Shown piece after piece: positions 46,504 through 54,774 of a DNA stretch of 64,000 bases. Position numbers and translations under genes: made by a program. Positions within the stretch are counted from its first letter, which is position 1; each line of letters starts with the position of its first letter. A model generated the notes under the pieces. It was given only the letters and a program-made list of their open reading frames with translations, had not been told where the DNA came from and did not search any database. This stretch comes from Bacteroidales bacterium (GTDB lineage: Bacteria; Bacteroidota; Bacteroidia; Bacteroidales; JAGONC01): NCBI GenBank assembly GCA_028716265.1, contig JAQUQD010000003.1, positions 6,191 to 70,190 of the forward strand. The letters run 5' to 3'.

Positions 46504-47925
46504 ATGATAACAGTTGAAGAATTCAGGCAGTACGGACATTCCTTTGTCGACTGGATGGCCGATTATTTTAAAGAGGTGGAGTGCCTGCCTGTTAAATCCC
46601 AGGTCAGGCCAGGTGAAATATTCCGGCAGATCCCTGAATTACCTCCCGCTGATAGCGAAACCATAGACCAGATCATGCAGGATTTTCAGCAAATCATCCT
46701 ACCTGGAATGACACACTGGCAGAGTCCCAACTTTTTTGCCTATTTTCCTGCCAATTCAAGCTATCCATCCGTGCTGGCCGAGATGCTCACGGCTGCGCTG
46801 GGAGCGCAGTGCATGGTCTGGGACACTTCGCCTGCTGCTGCCGAGCTGGAAGAGAAGATGATGAACTGGCTCAGGCAAATGACCGGCCTGCCCGGGAACT
46901 GGAGTGGTGTCATCCAGGATACCGCTTCGTCGGCGACGCTGGTCGCCATCCTGTCGGCACGCGAGAAATATTCAGATTTCCTGATCAATGAAACGGGGAT
47001 TCACCATCACAAGTCCTTCCGGGTGTATTGTACCTCCGAAACGCATTCCTCCCTCGAAAAGGCAGTAAAAATTGCCGGTCTGGGAAAGAAGAACCTGATC
47101 AGGGTGGAAGTTGACCAACAATTACGGATGAGGCCGGAGGATCTGGAGCAGGCCATCGAAAACGACCTGAAAAATAGAAAAGCACCGCTGGCCGTTGTGG
47201 CCACCCTCGGCACCACCAGCTCCACAGCCGTTGACCCGCTGGAACCAATTGCACGGATCTGCCGAAAATACGATATCTGGCTCCACATCGACGCCGCTCT
47301 GGCCGGCACCGCACTGGTGCTGCCCGAATACCGCTGGATGATCAGGGGCATTGAAAACGCCGACAGCTTTGTGTTCAATCCGCACAAATGGATGTTCACC
47401 AACTTCGACTGCTCGGCCTATTTTGTCAAGGACAGGGAGGCATTGATACGAACCTTTGAGATCCTGCCGGAATACCTGAAAACAAAGTCAAGGGGGATGG
47501 TAAACGATTACCGTGACTGGGGCATTGCGCTGGGAAGAAGATTCAGGGCACTGAAGCTCTGGTTCGTCATCCGTAATTTCGGGGTGCAGGGCATACAGGA
47601 CAGGGTCCGGCTGCATATCACCCTTGCCCGGAAACTTGCTGATGAGATCCGAAAGCAATCCGACTTCGAGCTGATGAACGAGCCTCAGCTGAACTCAGTC
47701 TGCTTCCGCTACAGGCCCGCCAGGGTAGCTCAGGATCGGGAACTTGATGCATTGAATGAGAAGCTGTTAAGCATCCTGAATGCATCGGGAAAAGTCTTCC
47801 TGTCACATACGCGGCTGAACGGAAAATATACAATCAGGATGGTGACATCCCAGACGTATGTACAGGACAAACATGTGATGATGGCATGGGATTTGATCCG
47901 GCGGACGGCTTCAGAAATCACCTGA
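46504..47925 (+). CDS. PLP-dependent aromatic-L-amino-acid decarboxylase (group II decarboxylase)
   Basis: 473 aa. HWQSPNFFAYFPANSSYPSVLAEML, DTASSATL, and the PLP-lysine motif FNPHKWMFTNFDCS. Confidence 0.85.
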   Translation: MITVEEFRQYGHSFVDWMADYFKEVECLPVKSQVRPGEIFRQIPELPPADSETIDQIMQDFQQIILPGMTHWQSPNFFAYFPANSSYPSVLAEMLTAALGAQCMVWDTSPAAAELEEKMMNWLRQMTGLPGNWSGVIQDTASSATLVAILSAREKYSDFLINETGIHHHKSFRVYCTSETHSSLEKAVKIAGLGKKNLIRVEVDQQLRMRPEDLEQAIENDLKNRKAPLAVVATLGTTSSTAVDPLEPIARICRKYDIWLHIDAALAGTALVLPEYRWMIRGIENADSFVFNPHKWMFTNFDCSAYFVKDREALIRTFEILPEYLKTKSRGMVNDYRDWGIALGRRFRALKLWFVIRNFGVQGIQDRVRLHITLARKLADEIRKQSDFELMNEPQLNSVCFRYRPARVAQDRELDALNEKLLSILNASGKVFLSHTRLNGKYTIRMVTSQTYVQDKHVMMAWDLIRRTASEIT

Positions 47926-47946
47926 CGCAAATGCCGGCTTTAAACT

Positions 47947-48639
47947 ATGGTTGAAATATATGCCACAAAAATCCTGGCAGCAGAGGATTTTCAGTCCATG
48001 AAAGATATTTTGCTGACCATCCTACCGGAGTCGTCACGGCGAAAGGTCACCGCTTTCTACCGCGCCTCGGATGCCCAGCGCTCCCTCTTCGGTGAATTGC
48101 TGGTCCGGCGGATGATCTGCGAAAAACTGGGCATGCGCAACGGCGACCTTGTGATCGGTTTTGAAGAAAAAGGAAAGCCTTTTATACAGGATTACCCGAT
48201 CCATTTCAATATGTCTCACAGTGGCGTGTGGGTTGTTGCGGCGGTCTCCTCTGCTCCGGTCGGCATTGATATCGAACAGATGAAACGGAACAGACTTGAG
48301 GTTGCCCGGCGGTTTTTTACGGAACCAGAATATAAGAACCTGATGGACAGGCCCGAGCCAGAGCGCACCGATTATTTCTACACCCTCTGGACATTGAAGG
48401 AAAGTTACCTGAAAGCGGTCGGCAGAGGGCTGACCCTGCCGCTGAACAGTTTTACCATCAGATGGGAACAGGAAGAATACGTTATCGATATTAATGGTAC
48501 TTTTGAGGCGATGCATGTAAGGATCATACCGCTTGAAATCGGATACAAGCTTGCGGTATCCGCATCGGAATCCGCCATCTGTCCGGCCGTGACCTTGCTG
48601 CCAGCCAAAGGATATCTTGAAGCATTCAAGAAATTATAA
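47947..48639 (+). CDS. Sfp-type 4'-phosphopantetheinyl transferase
   Basis: 230 aa. FNMSHSGVWVVAA, VGIDIEQM, and FYTLWTLKESYLKAVGRGL. Confidence 0.8.
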   Translation: MVEIYATKILAAEDFQSMKDILLTILPESSRRKVTAFYRASDAQRSLFGELLVRRMICEKLGMRNGDLVIGFEEKGKPFIQDYPIHFNMSHSGVWVVAAVSSAPVGIDIEQMKRNRLEVARRFFTEPEYKNLMDRPEPERTDYFYTLWTLKESYLKAVGRGLTLPLNSFTIRWEQEEYVIDINGTFEAMHVRIIPLEIGYKLAVSASESAICPAVTLLPAKGYLEAFKKL

Positions 48640-48650
48640 AACCATACGTC

Positions 48651-49433
48651 ATGAAAAAAATCATTGTACTTCTGATTCTCGGTTCATTTCTTTCAGGGAT
48701 GCCGGGTTATGCACAGAGCGAGGAGGAGAATAAGGATGAGTGGATCCAGAAATTCTATTTCATCAAGACCGGCAACCTGTGGTTCAATTCCCTGCGGTTT
48801 GATTTTCCGGATATCACCAATACCCGCATCTCCACCGATACGATCCCCGTATACAATGCCTGGGAACAACCGATGGAACTGTCTTTCAATAATTTACCTG
48901 AATATGTTTCAGCACGGATCATTCCCCCCTCCCTTCAACCGAAAGAAGAGGGCAAGATCATCCTGACCTTTGATCCGGTCAAAAAAGGCACCTATGGACC
49001 TGTTTATGAGAACCTGTGGCTTATGACGAATGATACCAATCAAGCTCAGAAGAGACTGATCCTGAATCCAAACATCCGGGAAGACTTTTCCACCCTGACG
49101 GAGCAGCAACTGGCCGATGCTCCGCACATCCAGTTTGAGAAAGAAACCTACCGGTTCGATTCGGTCACCTCAGGATCAAAAGTTGTTTATGACTTCATTT
49201 TCAGCAATGTGGGCAAGAGTGACCTGATCATCCGTAATGTCAAGGCCGGATGCGGATGCACAGCCACCAATCCTGAAAAAACATTGCTTAAGCCGGGAGA
49301 GAGCAGCAAGATCGGGATCGTTTTCGATACTTCGGGGCTGACGGGCAACCAGCACAAGTCAGTCACCGTGATTGCGAATGATCCTAAAAAACCTGTTACA
49401 ACATTAATTATTCAGGGATACACCAAACCATAA
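48651..49433 (+). CDS. DUF1573 domain-containing secreted protein
   Basis: 260 aa. Signal peptide, and the C-terminal block NVKAGCGCTATNPEKTLLKPGESSKIGIVFDT typical of DUF1573. Confidence 0.7.
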   Translation: MKKIIVLLILGSFLSGMPGYAQSEEENKDEWIQKFYFIKTGNLWFNSLRFDFPDITNTRISTDTIPVYNAWEQPMELSFNNLPEYVSARIIPPSLQPKEEGKIILTFDPVKKGTYGPVYENLWLMTNDTNQAQKRLILNPNIREDFSTLTEQQLADAPHIQFEKETYRFDSVTSGSKVVYDFIFSNVGKSDLIIRNVKAGCGCTATNPEKTLLKPGESSKIGIVFDTSGLTGNQHKSVTVIANDPKKPVTTLIIQGYTKP

Positions 49434-49441
49434 AAGGAGTG

Positions 49442-52204
49442 ATGCGCGTCCAGCGTGTATCATATCTCTTTTCGATCCTTCTCCTGACCTTCCCGGTAAT
49501 TCTTACAGGACAAGGACTCCCGCCGGGGTGGGAGTTCCGGGTCACACCCTCCTTTCATCCCATTGCCGTCCCTCTGATCGCCAATCCCTCCCTTTTCGGT
49601 GTTTCGCTACTGCCTGGCGATTATATCGGCGTCTTTTTCACCCGGAACGATTCGTTGATCTGCGCGGGAGCTACCGAGTGGAACGGTGTTGAAAACAGTG
49701 CGGTGGTGGCATTTGGCGATGACAACATGACTCCCCTGAAAGATGGATTTTACGTGAATGAAACTATGTATTGGAAGATCTATTCATGGCAATTTGAAGA
49801 AGCTTTCAACGCTACGGTGACGTATGATCCTTCCCAGCCCAATCACGACGGCACCTTTCACCCGGGAGGCCTCTCCGCTCTGACAGCCCTCTGGTACGGC
49901 TCCACACTGGAAGCCGGTGCGACTGCTATCCCGGATAGCCTTTGCATTGGCACTGCTTCCCAACTGACCTCATCCGTATCGGGAGGCAGTGAGTCATACA
50001 GCTTTTCCTGGACCTCCATCCCTGAAGGATTCATTTCCGGAGAACAAAATCCGGTGGTCGTCCCCCTGCAGACCACAGCTTATGTTGTACACATATACGA
50101 TGGGTACCACAATGTCACCGACACCGCCGCAGTCCATGTCGTCCAATTGCCGGAGGTGTCGGCCGGCAATGACACAGTGATCTGTGAGGACGGGCAGGCC
50201 AGCCTGGCGGGGATGGCGGCAAACTTCAACAGTCTGGAGTGGTCCACGGATGGCGATGGTGTGTTCGCAGATCCATCGCAGCCGGCCACTGACTATTTTC
50301 CAGGATCATCCGATATCGACGACGGACTGGTCAAGCTAACGCTGAAAGCCTTGGCAGAAGATCCGTGCGTGGACTCTACCAGTGATTTTCTATACATGAC
50401 CATTGGTCCTTTACCAACAGTCGATGCCGGGGATGATGGTGATGTCTGCGCGGATGATCCCTATACCCTTTCAGGCTATGCTGCCCATTCAGCTTCAGTG
50501 GAATGGTCCACCTCCGGTGACGGTTCCTTTGACAATCCCTTTTACCTGGGAGCAACCTACTACCCCGGGACCGGGGACCTGCAGACCCACGAAGTCAACC
50601 TGATCCTCTCAGGTTACTCCGAATCTCCATGCACAATGACCACGAATGACACAATGACTTTATCTATTTACTCCCTGCCTACCGTGGACGCCGGTAACGA
50701 CCACTGGATCCCTTACGGCACCGGCACGCAACTGAACGGCACCGTTTCCGGTGGATCGGGAGAGTATCTGTATTCATGGGAGCCGTCGGAATTTCTTGTG
50801 GATCCGTCGATGGAAGATCCGTTCACCACGAACCTGTTCCAGTCCACGCCATTCATTCTGACCGCGACCGATGCGGTCCTCACCTGCCATGACACGGATA
50901 CGGCAATTGTTTACATCACCGGAGGGCCCCTTTCCGTTTCAGCATCGGCCTATCCGCCGATCATCTGCACGGGCTCCGCGTCGCGTCTGGAGGCACTTGC
51001 GGGAGGAGGCTCCGGCAATTACGCTTACAGCTGGGCCTCAGAGCCGCCGGGTTTTTATTCCAGCGAGCAAGATCCCTGGATCTACCCTGATCTGACAAGC
51101 CTTTACACGGTGGTCGTGAACGATGGATTCAACAGCACTTCCGACACCGTGACAGTGCAGGTTTTCTCCCCTCCGGAAGCCCATGCCGGAGATGATCAAA
51201 CCATTCCCTACGGGACCTGCACTGTGTTACAGGGCTCCGTTTCAGGAGGCTTGGGAGAATTTTCGTGGCAGTGGTCACCGGCACAGTACCTGGTTGATCC
51301 GCAGGCAGAGGATCCGGTGACCGTCAACCTGACCCAGTCGGTGGAATTTGCAGTTACTGTGACCGACCAGATAACACAGTGCACAGATCAGGATTCGGTG
51401 AATGTCGCTGTGGTGGGCGGACTGTTGCAGGTAGAGGTGACCGCGGTGCCGGAGGAGGTGTGCGCAGGGGAATCCTCGCAGCTGAGGGCGCAGGCAGCCG
51501 GCGGCTCAGGAAACTATTCCTATGCCTGGACTTCCGATCCGCCTGGATTCTTTTCGGATCTTACTAATCCTGTGGTGGCACCTGGCGGCACGACAGGTTA
51601 TTTTGTGCTGGTGTCCGATGGGTACAGCAGTGTTTCCGGTCACACCACGATCGGTGTCTTTCCGGTTCCCGTCGTGGAGATCGGAACCTTTCCCGGCGAC
51701 ACCGTCTGTGGTGGGGAGGTCATTCGTCTGGATGCCGGCACACCCGGCGGCGTGGCGTACCACTGGCTGCCCGGTGGGCAGACGGGGCCCGTGATCGAGG
51801 TGGATTCGGCCGGGACAGGATTCGGTTCCGCGACGTACACTGTATATGCTACAACGCCGGACAATTGCACGGGGGTGGATTCGGTTGTGGTGACGTTCGT
51901 TGATTGTGTGGGGATACCGGAGAACGCGTCGCCGGATACCCGGCTGTTCGTTTATCCGAATCCGGCGAGGGGGGAGGCATTTATCCTGATCTCAAAAGAC
52001 CAATATGCATCTCAGAATGATAAGTCCGGTATTTATCAAATCGAGATAACAGATATTATAGGTCGGGTGCAACTTCATGATTCTTTTCCTGTCAAGGAAT
52101 CCTTGCATTCTATATCCCTGGAATCGTTTTCACGTGGTATCTATCTTGTTTTTCTGAAAAAGGAGAATCAGGTCACCTTGACAGGAAAGTTAGTCGTCTG
52201 GTAA
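49442..52204 (+). CDS. large modular surface protein with T9SS C-terminal sorting domain
   Basis: About 920 aa. Signal peptide MRVQRVSYLFSILLLTFPVILTGQ. Alternating repeated modules (SGGSxxYxYxW...) and the CTD FVYPNPARGEAFIL...VTLTGKLVVW. ATG 49442 preferred over GTG 49439. Confidence 0.7.
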   Translation: MRVQRVSYLFSILLLTFPVILTGQGLPPGWEFRVTPSFHPIAVPLIANPSLFGVSLLPGDYIGVFFTRNDSLICAGATEWNGVENSAVVAFGDDNMTPLKDGFYVNETMYWKIYSWQFEEAFNATVTYDPSQPNHDGTFHPGGLSALTALWYGSTLEAGATAIPDSLCIGTASQLTSSVSGGSESYSFSWTSIPEGFISGEQNPVVVPLQTTAYVVHIYDGYHNVTDTAAVHVVQLPEVSAGNDTVICEDGQASLAGMAANFNSLEWSTDGDGVFADPSQPATDYFPGSSDIDDGLVKLTLKALAEDPCVDSTSDFLYMTIGPLPTVDAGDDGDVCADDPYTLSGYAAHSASVEWSTSGDGSFDNPFYLGATYYPGTGDLQTHEVNLILSGYSESPCTMTTNDTMTLSIYSLPTVDAGNDHWIPYGTGTQLNGTVSGGSGEYLYSWEPSEFLVDPSMEDPFTTNLFQSTPFILTATDAVLTCHDTDTAIVYITGGPLSVSASAYPPIICTGSASRLEALAGGGSGNYAYSWASEPPGFYSSEQDPWIYPDLTSLYTVVVNDGFNSTSDTVTVQVFSPPEAHAGDDQTIPYGTCTVLQGSVSGGLGEFSWQWSPAQYLVDPQAEDPVTVNLTQSVEFAVTVTDQITQCTDQDSVNVAVVGGLLQVEVTAVPEEVCAGESSQLRAQAAGGSGNYSYAWTSDPPGFFSDLTNPVVAPGGTTGYFVLVSDGYSSVSGHTTIGVFPVPVVEIGTFPGDTVCGGEVIRLDAGTPGGVAYHWLPGGQTGPVIEVDSAGTGFGSATYTVYATTPDNCTGVDSVVVTFVDCVGIPENASPDTRLFVYPNPARGEAFILISKDQYASQNDKSGIYQIEITDIIGRVQLHDSFPVKESLHSISLESFSRGIYLVFLKKENQVTLTGKLVVW

Positions 52205-52241
52205 TTCTTCAATTATTTACAGAACAGTAGATTTCTTATAT

Positions 52242-52646
52242 ATGAAATTACATCTTCTGACCGCTTCCTTTCTTCTGATATCCTGTACCTTAAATGCCCA
52301 GATCAAGGTATACAAAGGCAATTCCACTTCCTACTCCGACTGCCTGTACACCATTGCTGTAGATAAAATATACCGGGGTAATTCCACAAGTTATTCTGAC
52401 TGTTCGTGTACTGTTGAAGATAATAAAGTCTATCAGGGAAATTCCACCAGTTACTCGGATTGCCTATACACCATAAAGGGCGATAAGATCTACCAGGGGA
52501 ACTCAACGAGCTATTCGGATTGCCTGCTTACAATTAAAGAGCAAAAAATCTATCAGGGAAATTCCACCAGTTATTCTGACTGCCTGGCGACGGTGGATGG
52601 TACGTTAAAACACTTCCTGGTCGCGGTGCTGATCGGGCCTTATTAA
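52242..52646 (+). CDS. small secreted tandem-repeat protein (five 20-aa repeats)
   Basis: 134 aa. Signal peptide MKLHLLTASFLLISCTLNAQ, then 5 x K[IV]Y[KRQ]GNSTSYSDC[LS][YCLA]T[IV]xxx. Confidence 0.6.
   Translation: MKLHLLTASFLLISCTLNAQIKVYKGNSTSYSDCLYTIAVDKIYRGNSTSYSDCSCTVEDNKVYQGNSTSYSDCLYTIKGDKIYQGNSTSYSDCLLTIKEQKIYQGNSTSYSDCLATVDGTLKHFLVAVLIGPY
52305..52604 (+). repeat. five tandem 60-bp coding repeats
   Basis: Codons 22-121 of ORF 52242-52646. Each unit encodes KxYxGNSTSYSDCxxTxxxx. Confidence 0.85.
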
Positions 52647-52842
52647 AATGGACCTAATACCTTGAGCTGAATACATCAGGGCAGCCATCGCGGTTAAGAC
52701 CAGGGATGGCAACTGTACCCGCTACGACTTCATCAGGTTCCAGGAAAACTACACCGGTGGCAAGGTCCAGCCTCTCCATTACGATGGCGCCGGCGATAAG
52801 TCATGATGGATTGTGCCAATGTGAACAAATAACCGGATTTCT

Positions 52843-52884
52843 CAGTTGGCAGCTAGCAGTTAGCAGTTGGCAGTTAGCAGTTAC
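52843..52884 (+). repeat. heptamer tract (CAGTTRG)x6
   Basis: cagttgg cagctag cagttag cagttgg cagttag cagttac. Confidence 0.9.
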
Positions 52885-52925
52885 CAATCAAGAATTACCA
52901 AGTGCCAGGAGGCAATTCTTGATTG
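52885..52925. repeat. perfect 12-bp inverted repeat with 17-nt loop, 9 nt beyond the sigma gene stop
   Basis: caatcaagaatt (52885-52896) and aattcttgattg (52914-52925). No flanking U-run on either strand. Confidence 0.8.
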
Positions 52926-52933
52926 TCAACTGT

Positions 52934-53539
52934 TCACAGCGTCTCCTCCTGCCCCTTCAGGATATTGTACAGGAACTCCCTCGCCCTGAAAAGCTGTGCT
53001 TTTACCGTTCCCAGCGGCAGGTTCAGCTGAACGGCGATCTCCTCGTAGGAATATTCTTCAAAATAACGGAGCTGGATCAGCTGACGGTAATGCGGTTTGA
53101 GCTTCTCAACCACATCACGCATCAGCTTGATCTTCTGGCTCCTGATCAGATGCTCCTCCGGATCAGGGGTCTGGGAAGGGATGACGATCTCGGTGGCATC
53201 CTCATCGTCGGAGGGTTTGTCCAACGAAAGCATATCCATCTTCTTCCGGCGGATAAAGTCGATGCAATTATTGGTGGCGATCTTGAAGAGCCAGGTGCTG
53301 AAAGCGTAATCTGGCGTGTACTGGTGCAGGTTCCGAAACGCCTTGCCAAAAGCCTCGATGGTCAGATCATCGGCATCGTGCACGTCGTTGGTCATCTTCA
53401 GCAGCAAAAAATACAATGAATCCCGGTAATTGTTCATCAACTCCGCGTACGCCCGCTGGTCACCCGTTTTGATGGCCTGCTGCACAAGATGGTAATCACG
53501 TAATGCCTTTTCTGTCAGATGTGAGGTCAACTCTTCCAT
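52934..53539 (-). CDS. sigma-70 family (ECF-type) RNA polymerase sigma factor
   Basis: 201 aa. DADDLTIEAFGKAFRNL, FSTWLFKIATNNCIDFIRRKK, and YSYEEIAVQLNLPLGTVKAQLFRAR (region 4 HTH). Confidence 0.8.
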   Translation of the reverse strand: MEELTSHLTEKALRDYHLVQQAIKTGDQRAYAELMNNYRDSLYFLLLKMTNDVHDADDLTIEAFGKAFRNLHQYTPDYAFSTWLFKIATNNCIDFIRRKKMDMLSLDKPSDDEDATEIVIPSQTPDPEEHLIRSQKIKLMRDVVEKLKPHYRQLIQLRYFEEYSYEEIAVQLNLPLGTVKAQLFRAREFLYNILKGQEETL

Positions 53540-54666
53540 TTATCCTTTTTGTCGAACACCAGCGAGATCCGTATCAGGCCATCGATGACCAGGAGAAACA
53601 CCTCGTTTATGGGCGAAAGTAATAATAAATTCTTTTCGCTCAGACGAATCATGCATTTTTTGAAGATGAACAACTGGCTGAACAAGCGAAGGATAAACAG
53701 TCCCAGGACAGGATAGAAAAGGTATTGCACAATGAGCAGGTACACAAATCCAGCGAGAAAAAGGACATAGGACAAGGTGAAGAGGCCCAGGAAAAACTTG
53801 TCCCAGCGGTTGTAATAGCGTCGCGACTTGAAATACCTTTTCCTGAACCTCCACCACTCGGCAAAGCGCAGGGTTTCACCTGAAACCACCTGGTTTTCGA
53901 GGTTGGGGGCGATGGCCACGTTCCGTTTGGTGGCCACCTGGTTAATGAAAAGATCATCCTCTCCTACCGGGATCCTGTAATGCGAAACAAATCCCTTGTT
54001 CCTGTAATAAAGGGATTTCCTGTAGGCCATGTTCTTTCCGATGCCCATATACGGACGGCCCGCGAGGGCAAATGAAAGATAGCTCATGGCCGTGGTCAGG
54101 TTGACCCACCGGCGGAAGCTGTATGGAGAGGATTTTCCGGGATGCGTGGAACGGAAATAACCCAGAACGATCTCTTTGTCGTCGGTGAAATTCGACTGAA
54201 CCTGTTCCAGCCAGCGCTCAGAGACAGGCAGACACCCGGCTTCCGTAAAGATCAGCAGGTCATTTTCTGCTGATTTGATGCCGATGGAAAGAGGAAACTT
54301 GTTTCCCTTGAAAAAATTCAGGTCCTGAAGCATCCTGACGACCTTGATGTTGGGATACTCCTTGCATACATTCTCAAGGTATTCTGACAGGTCATCATTG
54401 ATCGACTGAATCACAAGGACCACCTCATAATCAGGATAATCCTGGGCAAGCAACTGAGGCAGCTGTACCTTCAGTTTCTCAAACTCATCATTGAAAAGCA
54501 TGACGATGGAAATGGGCTCTTTCGTGCTGACACTCTGCCGCTTACGGTAAAAACCAAGCTTTCCGTAAACAGCCCACCAGTAAATGATCTGTATAATGAA
54601 GGTCAGAACAAATCCCAGGAAAATCCAAAGCGGAACTTCATTCACACGAAGTACATCTGCAATCAT
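53527..54666 (-). CDS. membrane-associated family 2 glycosyltransferase
   Basis: N-terminal TM helix, ISIVMLFNDE, YEVVLVIQS, and C-terminal TM helices. ATG 54666 preferred over the ORF-track TTG at 54678. Confidence 0.7.
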   Translation of the reverse strand: MIADVLRVNEVPLWIFLGFVLTFIIQIIYWWAVYGKLGFYRKRQSVSTKEPISIVMLFNDEFEKLKVQLPQLLAQDYPDYEVVLVIQSINDDLSEYLENVCKEYPNIKVVRMLQDLNFFKGNKFPLSIGIKSAENDLLIFTEAGCLPVSERWLEQVQSNFTDDKEIVLGYFRSTHPGKSSPYSFRRWVNLTTAMSYLSFALAGRPYMGIGKNMAYRKSLYYRNKGFVSHYRIPVGEDDLFINQVATKRNVAIAPNLENQVVSGETLRFAEWWRFRKRYFKSRRYYNRWDKFFLGLFTLSYVLFLAGFVYLLIVQYLFYPVLGLFILRLFSQLFIFKKCMIRLSEKNLLLLSPINEVFLLVIDGLIRISLVFDKKDKWKS

Positions 54667-54715
54667 ATCTGTATTCAAGAAGACACAAAATTATTTATTC
54701 TTGCACAAGAAAATT

Positions 54716-54723
54716 TAACTTTG
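54716..54723 (+). promoter_or_regulatory. candidate -7 box TAACTTTG upstream of tgt
   Basis: Exact TAnnTTTG, 52 nt before ATG 54775. Confidence 0.35.
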
Positions 54724-54774
54724 AAAAAAATTTGATAACAGAAAACGGTTAATAGAAGAGGCCCACACAGCTTT

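Noticed and set aside
52647-52842. Short minus-strand reading frames (MERLDLATGVVFLEPDEVVAGTVAIPGLNRDGCPDVFSSRY, 41 aa) in the gap after the repeat-protein gene
   Set aside because: Too short, with no recognisable motif or promoter. It could be a gene remnant, but I cannot support that from sequence alone.
52706-53419. 237-aa plus-strand ORF beginning in the intergenic region and containing SWQLAVSSWQLAV
   Set aside because: Its first part translates the heptamer tract and the inverted repeat. The rest is antisense to the well-supported sigma factor gene (52934-53539).
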